DNA from: Thermotogota bacterium
GTDB taxonomy: Bacteria > Thermotogota > Thermotogae > MWEM01
NCBI GenBank assembly: GCA_035447925.1
Contig: DAOTHY010000002.1
Coordinates: 40,248-104,247, forward strand
Length of the DNA stretch: 64,000 nucleotides
Reading direction: 5' to 3'
Below, one piece after another: positions 57,602 through 64,000 of the stretch; position 1 is the stretch's first letter, and each line of letters starts with the position of its first letter. The position numbers and the translations under genes were made by a program. The notes beneath the pieces are model-generated. The model was not told the origin of the DNA and did not search any database. It saw only the letters and a list, made by a program, of their open reading frames with translations.

Positions 57602-58039
57602 TTATCCCTCTTTGATTCTTTTTTGAATCTTTGGCATGTTTTTCTTTCCCAAATTAAATTTCTTCTTATCATATAAACCCACGAGAAAGAAAGTGATGAT
57701 CATTGTTAGTAAAGCAATAGATAAAGAAAGATATTCTTTATCCGGGAATATCCAGAATAGCAAAGAGATAGTCAATAAAAAAACAATCAATGGCACACTA
57801 TAGACTAAAAATGATAATTTGATCACAGACACTTCTGGCAGCAGGTATTCAACCAAATCGCCCTTTTTGAGTTCTTCCGAAGAAAGATTCAACGCCTTAA
57901 ACTGAAAATCATTTCTAATCCCGCACAACATTCTTGTTTGACAATGATGGCAGGCATCTGGTCTTTCCTTTTTAAGTAACACAACTGTGCCGTTTTCGCT
58001 CTTTTCCAACACTTTTTCCACTACAGCCTGTTCTAACAT
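57602..58039 (-). CDS. RseC/MucC-family small membrane protein (SoxR-reducing / sigma-E regulator-like)
   Basis: N-terminal Cys cluster 'CHHCQTRMLCG' followed by two TM helices, ~145 aa. Confidence 0.5.
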   Translation of the reverse strand: MLEQAVVEKVLEKSENGTVVLLKKERPDACHHCQTRMLCGIRNDFQFKALNLSSEELKKGDLVEYLLPEVSVIKLSFLVYSVPLIVFLLTISLLFWIFPDKEYLSLSIALLTMIITFFLVGLYDKKKFNLGKKNMPKIQKRIKEG

Positions 58040-58049
58040 TTTTCCCCCA

Positions 58050-59081
58050 TTAAAATACGATCCTTATTGATATTCCGGGAACCCATTCATGATTCTCATA
58101 AGAAATCGGAATTTGAAGGGTAAAACGATTTTTGATACTAAAAGCCGGTCTCACCAGAACACTGGATTTGGAAAAACCCATATCCAGACTAAAAAAATCA
58201 AATGAACTCCTTAAAACCCAGATCAAATCATCTTTCGAAAAATCATATCTAATCGTGACTTTATCAAACCAATCATTTGAATACAATCCCATTCCTACAA
58301 CCCAACCTTGATCATAACCAAAATAAAGATTAAAAAACGACGATAAAGTCAATTCTTGAAATAATGTCAATCGAATATCCGGGCTGTTTGTTACACCCAA
58401 AGCGAGTGATCCAATAAAAAACTCAGGTATGACCACATTAGAAGAAAATCGATTCACCTCAGAAAGATTTAAAGAACAATCCAACCAAATATAATCTTTG
58501 AAAGTGATTTTCTCGCCTTCTTTTAAGAGACGTTGAAAGGAACGGATTTTTTGCACATAATCATAAACTTTTTGATCGTCCGTTGGATTTTTGCCTGAAT
58601 CTATCATTTTCTTAACACCGTAAAAGCCGATATGATAAGCTCCCAAGGCATTATCGAGGTTGCCAAGAGACAATTGATAGCGATCAAGCAAACCGCTGAC
58701 TTTGTCTCCATGATATGGGTTAAACGGATTGAAAGCACCAATTTCCAAAGCGATGAATGGTTTCATCTGGAATGGCCCCAAGGCATTTGATTCAGAGATG
58801 GCATGGATATAGAACGACGATTCTGTTTTAATAAGCCCGGCGATTATCGGATCTTCAACAGTATATTTAAAGGGGAGATCCACCGAAAATTTGGTGTTGA
58901 TAAAAAAATCAAAAGAATGATCCCGATAGGCGACGCCAACAGAAGATTTGTTTTGATACAAAATCTCATTGGGAAACAAATAACGTGACCCAAAACAAAC
59001 GGCATTAAATATGAAGAAAGCAAGAACTAAAAACCTTTTTAAGAAAGGATACTTTTGATTCAAACAAACCCACCTGATCAT
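58050..59081 (-). CDS. Lytic transglycosylase (SLT) domain protein with C-terminal beta-rich region
   Basis: Signal peptide, 'ISESNALGPFQM' (E-S...G.MQ SLT catalytic motif), C-terminus ends in '…IRIVF' (OM beta-barrel-like terminal Phe). Confidence 0.55.
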   Translation of the reverse strand: MIRWVCLNQKYPFLKRFLVLAFFIFNAVCFGSRYLFPNEILYQNKSSVGVAYRDHSFDFFINTKFSVDLPFKYTVEDPIIAGLIKTESSFYIHAISESNALGPFQMKPFIALEIGAFNPFNPYHGDKVSGLLDRYQLSLGNLDNALGAYHIGFYGVKKMIDSGKNPTDDQKVYDYVQKIRSFQRLLKEGEKITFKDYIWLDCSLNLSEVNRFSSNVVIPEFFIGSLALGVTNSPDIRLTLFQELTLSSFFNLYFGYDQGWVVGMGLYSNDWFDKVTIRYDFSKDDLIWVLRSSFDFFSLDMGFSKSSVLVRPAFSIKNRFTLQIPISYENHEWVPGISIRIVF

Positions 59082-59297
59082 TAAAGTAAGATAAATCGAA
59101 ATTCTCCTTGATTTCAGTGTATTATAGCATTATTTTTCCTGTATTCATTCTATACCGAATTTCAAATGAACGAACAATCGTATCATACGAACGAGAAAAA
59201 AATATTCCAAATACAACTCAGTCCGAAAATGACCTTATTTCTTGTTATACTATGAGTGCTGGGTGTATCATTACCTGAATCATCAACCTTGAGGTGA

Positions 59298-60050
59298 ATG
59301 CTATTGATAAAGATCAAACTAAAGGAAAAAAAGGTATCAGAAGATTTTCTCGTTGCGAAATTTGAATACACAGATCAGTTATCCGAAAAAGAAACAACCA
59401 CTGTTCAAGCAGGACAGTTCTTAATGTTAAAAAATCGGACTGAACCAATCCTCGCCAAACCTTTTTCTGTACTTAGTACAGATAAGAAAGGCTTTTCGGT
59501 ATTGATTAAAATTATTGGCCGTTTTACAAGTTATTTAAGCCAGTCAAAGCCCGGAGAACTTTTCTTTTGTAGAGGACCATATGGAACACCATTTGAAAAA
59601 AAACTCGATCTGTCAAGAAAGATTATCACCATAGGCGGCGGGTGTGGAGCAGCGCCCATTCTTTTTTTCAACCAACAATTTCCAAATCATATCGAAAAAT
59701 CCATCATCGGTTTCAAAACCGATGCCATTAAACAATTACTGTCCATCAAAGAAGCGGTCTATGAATCTCTCAGTGGACAAACCGTTATCGATACGCTTGA
59801 CGAGCACCTTTCAAAACGTCATGAACTTCAACCGCCCGTCGTTCTGGCATGCGGAAGTTTAGGGATGTGTCGGGCATTGTTCAATCATTCAAAAGAAAAC
59901 AACTACCGCTTGTTTGTATCTTTAGATGAGAGAATGGGTTGTGGTATGGGCATGTGCAAAGGTTGTCCGGTGAAAACCAAGTCCGGAATCAAAATGGTCT
60001 GCAAAGACGGTCCAATATTTGATTCGGATGACATTATCTGGGATTGGTGA
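59298..60050 (+). CDS. pyrK: Dihydroorotate dehydrogenase (type 1B) electron-transfer subunit
   Basis: FAD/NAD-binding ferredoxin-reductase fold, C-terminal [2Fe-2S] 'CGMGMCKGCPV'. Possible TTG start at 59304 with better SD spacing. Confidence 0.88.
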   Translation: MLLIKIKLKEKKVSEDFLVAKFEYTDQLSEKETTTVQAGQFLMLKNRTEPILAKPFSVLSTDKKGFSVLIKIIGRFTSYLSQSKPGELFFCRGPYGTPFEKKLDLSRKIITIGGGCGAAPILFFNQQFPNHIEKSIIGFKTDAIKQLLSIKEAVYESLSGQTVIDTLDEHLSKRHELQPPVVLACGSLGMCRALFNHSKENNYRLFVSLDERMGCGMGMCKGCPVKTKSGIKMVCKDGPIFDSDDIIWDW

Positions 60051-60055
60051 TAAAA

Positions 60056-60970
60056 ATGGATAATAATAGATTGGCTATAGAATTATTAGGTCTAAAGATT
60101 AAAAATCCGATTGTTATCGCATCAGGTCCAGCAGGAAATGGGGAAGAATTATCGAGGGCTATCGACCTTTCAAAAATTGGCCTGTTCACTTCAAAAACTG
60201 TCACCTTAGAAAAAACTGATGGCAACCCTCCACCGAGAATTGTAGATGTATACGGTGGAATCATCAATTCTATTGGCCTTCAGAATCCCGGATTCAAAGA
60301 TTTCATGAAAAATCAAATCCCTTTCCTAGAGCAGTTACCCCTTCCGGTTATCATCAGCATAGCATCAAATTATTTGGAAGAATTGGCTATTATGGTCAAA
60401 GCACTCAATGAGAGCTCCTGTGAATGGATAGAATTAAATTTTTCATGTCCCAACGTCGATAAAGGCAAAGAACCCATTGGAACCAATCCCAACAAGATAT
60501 TTGAAACGGTCAAATTCCTAAAAAAACTAACAAAAAAACCTCTGCTGGTAAAATTCGCCCCCTCAGATTCAATCTTAGAATTGGTAGACTCATCAATATC
60601 AGGAGGTGCTGAGGGTGTTGTACTCTCTAATTGTCCCAAAGGAATGAAAATAGATATTCATACCATGAAACCCATCTTAAAAAGAGAATATGGCGGATTT
60701 GCAGGTCCTGCAATCAAACCCATTACATTACATCAGGTGTTTCAAGTCAGAAAGGCATTTAAAAATGCCTTAATTATCGGAACCGGTGGGGTAATCAATC
60801 ACGAAGATGCCTTGGAATATTTAATGGCAGGGGCTAATCTTGTTGGGATTGGCTTTGGTGTGATGCTAGATCCAATCATTCCGATCCATATAGTTGAAGG
60901 ATTGTCAAAGTATATGACTGAGAATGATTTAAATTACTTTTCAGTATTCTGTAAAGCTCAAAGCTATTGA
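60056..60970 (+). CDS. pyrD: Dihydroorotate dehydrogenase (type 1B) catalytic subunit
   Basis: 'NPIVIASGPAG', 'SKTVTLE', 'NSIGLQNPG', 'IGTGGV' class-1 DHODH motifs. ATG 60056 lies 5 nt after the pyrK stop. Confidence 0.9.
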   Translation: MDNNRLAIELLGLKIKNPIVIASGPAGNGEELSRAIDLSKIGLFTSKTVTLEKTDGNPPPRIVDVYGGIINSIGLQNPGFKDFMKNQIPFLEQLPLPVIISIASNYLEELAIMVKALNESSCEWIELNFSCPNVDKGKEPIGTNPNKIFETVKFLKKLTKKPLLVKFAPSDSILELVDSSISGGAEGVVLSNCPKGMKIDIHTMKPILKREYGGFAGPAIKPITLHQVFQVRKAFKNALIIGTGGVINHEDALEYLMAGANLVGIGFGVMLDPIIPIHIVEGLSKYMTENDLNYFSVFCKAQSY

Positions 60971-61049
60971 TAGAATTAAGTAACTTCTGTTTAAACATAA
61001 AGTCATTTATCTATGATACAATTCTCGGGATAAAAAGAATGGAGTTGAA

Positions 61050-61130
61050 ATGATGCCTCGACAAGTGGCTTTACGGTATAGAAAACTACCATATTTTTTA
61101 AAAATTAAAAACCACCATTACTGTTTTTAG
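61050..61130 (+). CDS. Candidate pyr leader peptide (26 aa, [26 protein letters not shown]) terminating inside the attenuator hairpin
   Basis: GGAG 5 nt upstream of tandem ATGATG. The ORF ends with TAG at 61128–61130, at the loop/right-arm junction of the terminator hairpin. A U-rich tract (61091–61106) precedes the hairpin. Confidence 0.35.
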   Translation: MMPRQVALRYRKLPYFLKIKNHHYCF

Positions 61131-61149
61131 TAATGGTGGTTTTTTTTTT
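61111..61149 (+). terminator. Intrinsic terminator / transcription attenuator immediately upstream of pyrB
   Basis: Perfect 12-bp stem ACCACCATTACT / AGTAATGGTGGT, 6-nt loop, then T9. The pyrB SD AGGAGGG begins 1 nt after the T-run. Confidence 0.6.
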
Positions 61150-61161
61150 AGGAGGGTTAGA

Positions 61162-62085
61162 ATGTTAGCGGGAAGACATCTCATTGATCCAACGGACTTT
61201 TCTACTCAGGAAATTAATGAAATGCTATCACTTTCACAGAAGATTTCTGAAAATCCAAGTGATTATGCAAAGTTATGTTCAGGAAAGATTTTAGGTAGTC
61301 TGTTTTTTGAACCCAGTACAAGAACAAGATTGAGTTTTGAAGCGGCAATGCTAAGGTTGGGAGGCCAAGTAATCGGATTCTCCGAAGCCGGATCCAGCTC
61401 AGTTTCAAAGGGTGAAACGGTAGCGGATACCATAAGAACTGTTGCCTGTTATTCGGATATCATTGTCATGCGCCATCCAAAAGAAGGAGCACCAAAAGTT
61501 GCATCGATGTATTCCGATGTACCGGTTATTAACGCAGGAGATGGCGGACATCAGCATCCAACCCAAACCTTGACTGATTTACTAACCATCATTTCCGTAA
61601 AAGGCTCGTTAGATTCGTTGAAAATTGGGTATTGTGGCGACTTGAAATTCGGGAGAACGGTTCATTCCTTAATAAAAGCTCTTTCCAGATATTCCGACAA
61701 CGAAATGCATTTGATTTCTCCGAAAGAATTGAAAGTTCCCGATTACATCAAAGAAGAAATCTTAGACAAAAACGCTATTCATTATGAAGAACATGAAAAA
61801 CTCGAGGAGTGCATCGATCAACTGGATATCCTTTACATGACACGTGTTCAAAAAGAACGCTTCTTCAATGAAGAAGATTATATCCGTCTGAAAGACACCT
61901 ACATTCTTAACAACGAAAAAATGAAAAAAGCTTCACCTCATTTGATGATATTGCATCCGCTACCTAGAGTTAATGAAATTTCCTATGAAATAGACTCTGA
62001 TCCTAGAGCCTTTTACTTTAAACAGGCAAAAATGGGAATGTACGCTCGAATGGGGCTAATTTCACTCTTATTGGGGGTGTGTTAA
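61162..62085 (+). CDS. pyrB: Aspartate carbamoyltransferase catalytic subunit
   Basis: 'STRTRLSFE', 'HPTQ', 'HPLPR' signatures. 307 aa. Confidence 0.92.
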   Translation: MLAGRHLIDPTDFSTQEINEMLSLSQKISENPSDYAKLCSGKILGSLFFEPSTRTRLSFEAAMLRLGGQVIGFSEAGSSSVSKGETVADTIRTVACYSDIIVMRHPKEGAPKVASMYSDVPVINAGDGGHQHPTQTLTDLLTIISVKGSLDSLKIGYCGDLKFGRTVHSLIKALSRYSDNEMHLISPKELKVPDYIKEEILDKNAIHYEEHEKLEECIDQLDILYMTRVQKERFFNEEDYIRLKDTYILNNEKMKKASPHLMILHPLPRVNEISYEIDSDPRAFYFKQAKMGMYARMGLISLLLGVC

Positions 62086-62086
62086 A

Positions 62087-62521
62087 ATGATGACCATCAA
62101 TACAATAGAGAATGGGATTGTTATTGATCACATTCGTGCCGGGTATGGTGTCGAAATCTTCAATTACTTGGGTTTGGATAAGGTAGATTACACCGTGGCA
62201 TTAATCATGAACGTCACCAGCAAAAAACAGAGGAAAAAGGACATCATTAAAATTGAAAATGAAATCAATTTTGATCTCAGCGAATTGGGGTTAATCGATC
62301 CTGATGTCACCATTAACATTATTCAAAATCATAAGATTTCTAAAAAACTAAAACTAAGCCTACCAAAAGTGGTAGAAAATGTCATCAAATGTAAAAATCC
62401 CAGGTGTATCACATCCGTTGAAAGAAACTTAGCCCATGTTTTTTACCTGGTTGATGAGAAGAAAGGGGTTTACCGTTGCAAATACTGTGATGAAAAATAT
62501 GCTTTGGGAAACAAATCATGA
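62087..62521 (+). CDS. pyrI: Aspartate carbamoyltransferase regulatory subunit
   Basis: C-terminal zinc domain 'CKNPRCIT…YRCKYCD', ~144 aa, directly downstream of pyrB. Confidence 0.88.
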   Translation: MMTINTIENGIVIDHIRAGYGVEIFNYLGLDKVDYTVALIMNVTSKKQRKKDIIKIENEINFDLSELGLIDPDVTINIIQNHKISKKLKLSLPKVVENVIKCKNPRCITSVERNLAHVFYLVDEKKGVYRCKYCDEKYALGNKS

Positions 62522-63744
62522 GCAGGGAACCTTTGCTGATCAAAAATGTAATGATATGCGATCAGAATCGCCATGAACTTGCAGATGTATGGATAAGCAA
62601 CGGTGTCATCGAATTAGTCGGAAAAGATCTGGACAAACCTGGTAAATTGATTGATGGTAATAGTTTAACCTTGATGCCGGCTTTTATCGATATGCATGCG
62701 CATTTTCGTGATCCGGGTTATACCTACAAGGAAGACCTTCTCACAGGCTCTAAAGCAGCCATTAAAGGCGGATACACTACCGTTAATCTAATGGCCAATA
62801 CCTTGCCGGTCTGTAACGATGATCTACAGGTTGAACAAAACATTAGCAAGGTAACAGAAATTGGTTTGATTGATATCTTCCAGTCCTGTTCCATCACAAA
62901 AGATTTCAACGGAAAAGACTGCGATCACATTCAACACATTTACAGTCCGGGATGTAAAGTCATATCGGATGATGGAAATGGTGTTGAGTCAGACACTGTC
63001 ATGAACAAAGCGATGGAAATAGCCCAAAGAAAAGGACTAATCGTTTCATCCCATGCAGAATACAAATCAGTTAGCAAGGTGGATACCCGAGCATCTGAAA
63101 ATCAAATGACTCAGCGGGATCTCACTCTATGTGCAAAGACAAAGGCCCATCTCCATATGGCTCATGTCAGTACAAAAGAAGCCATTCAGATGGTAGCCGA
63201 TGCCAAATCAAAGGGCGTCAATGTAACTTGCGAATGTACACCGCATCATTTAACCCTGACCAATCAAATTGCTTATTCCGTTCACCCGCCATTGAGGGAA
63301 CAACAGGATGTAGAATCACTTATTGCTGCAATCAACAACCAGACCGTTGATTGTATTGCAACCGATCATGCCCCTCACAGTTTTCAAGACAAGTTAAATG
63401 GTTCAGTTGGAATGAGTTCTATTGAAATTGCTTTTTCCATTTGCTTTACGCATCTTGTTAAAAAGGGGATGATTAGCTTAATGACATTATCAAAGCTGAT
63501 GTCCTTTAATCCTGCCAAATTATTGGGGGTACATAAAGGCCTGATTCAAAAAGGTTATATAGCTGACTTGGTATTGATAGATCCAACAGCGGTTTTTGAA
63601 GTGAACCCATCTGAATTTTTATCAAAGGGAAAAAACACACCATTTTCAGGTAAAATATTAAATGGAAAAATAATGACGGTGATTAAAGATGGTGTGATCA
63701 AATATGACAACGGAGTTTTTGTTGAAAGGAGTAATCATGGATAA
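62518..63744 (+). CDS. pyrC: Dihydroorotase
   Basis: '[11 protein letters not shown]' metal-binding motif, 'ATDHAPH', amidohydrolase fold, 408 aa. Confidence 0.88.
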   Translation: MSREPLLIKNVMICDQNRHELADVWISNGVIELVGKDLDKPGKLIDGNSLTLMPAFIDMHAHFRDPGYTYKEDLLTGSKAAIKGGYTTVNLMANTLPVCNDDLQVEQNISKVTEIGLIDIFQSCSITKDFNGKDCDHIQHIYSPGCKVISDDGNGVESDTVMNKAMEIAQRKGLIVSSHAEYKSVSKVDTRASENQMTQRDLTLCAKTKAHLHMAHVSTKEAIQMVADAKSKGVNVTCECTPHHLTLTNQIAYSVHPPLREQQDVESLIAAINNQTVDCIATDHAPHSFQDKLNGSVGMSSIEIAFSICFTHLVKKGMISLMTLSKLMSFNPAKLLGVHKGLIQKGYIADLVLIDPTAVFEVNPSEFLSKGKNTPFSGKILNGKIMTVIKDGVIKYDNGVFVERSNHG

Positions 63745-64000
63745 ATTATTTCAATCTGTTCAAAAAAATGGACCGGTCTGTGTTGGACTGGACACTTCTC
63801 TTGAGTATATTCCAGAACAGTTCAAAAGTCAATTTGATAGTATTGAAGAACAGCTTTTTGAGTTCAATCGTTCAGTAATTGATTCAACAAACGATTTGGT
63901 CGGTGCTTATAAAGTTCAAATTGCCTATTATGAAGCACTAGGTCTTTCAGGTCTGAAGGCATATAAAAGGACTTTGGATTATATCAAGAAACTGAAAATC
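63737..64000 (+). CDS. pyrF: Orotidine 5'-phosphate decarboxylase (type 2, long form), 5' part only; continues beyond window
   Basis: N-terminus 'GPVCVGLDTSLEYIP' (~VCVGLDP of type-2 OMPdecase). AAAGGAG SD 5 nt upstream. Start overlaps the pyrC stop. Confidence 0.7.
   Translation, partial: MDKLFQSVQKNGPVCVGLDTSLEYIPEQFKSQFDSIEEQLFEFNRSVIDSTNDLVGAYKVQIAYYEALGLSGLKAYKRTLDYIKKLKI

Noticed and set aside
1-64000. CRISPR arrays, tRNA/rRNA genes, IS elements or integrases
   Set aside because: No regularly spaced direct repeats, no tRNA-like T-arm motifs in the few intergenic gaps (all are under 220 nt), and no transposase or integrase ORFs were seen. The window looks like core chromosome.

Overview
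This is a 64 kb, AT-rich (about 30–35% GC) chromosomal segment from a diderm (outer-membrane-bearing) bacterium; lptD, bamA, lspA and secA are all present. It is almost entirely protein-coding, with long co-directional gene strings linked by overlapping stop and start codons (TGATG/ATGA). I found no rRNA, tRNA, CRISPR array or mobile element.

Gene content by region:
- 1–7968 (minus strand): a PilT-centred operon — a RecB-like nuclease, a HAD hydrolase, a 760-aa acidic protein, a HlyD-like adaptor, PilT, Mini-RNase III and a partial ORF.
- 8035–16201 (minus strand): mnmE, argS, an orphan prepilin-like gene, ppk, ppx-HD and a ROK kinase.
- 16361–22577: an AhpD-like–GAF redox fusion, a zinc-ribbon/HTH regulator, a minimal MrpC plus two MrpD-like subunits, and an HD-GYP protein.
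- 22656–24613: an uncharacterised P-loop NTPase paired with a membrane-anchored coiled-coil winged-helix protein. This is the best candidate for a new system in the window.
- 24797–44230 (plus strand): folP, murE–murF–mraY, an ABC-F ATPase, hutH, an ectopic dnaN, ispF, ecfT, rnhB, pdp, a DUF2233-type protein, an EF-G paralogue and lptD.
- 44235–59081 (minus strand): a HEAT-repeat protein, ftsW, a GIY-YIG protein, glyS fused in frame to an extended lspA, prfB, secA, a 431-aa unknown, bamA, an RseC-like protein and a lytic-transglycosylase-domain protein.
- 59298–64000: a split pyr cluster (pyrK-pyrD, then pyrB-I-C-F), with a candidate leader-peptide/terminator attenuator directly upstream of pyrB.

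All protein identifications rest on motif recognition in the supplied translations. No database searches were run.
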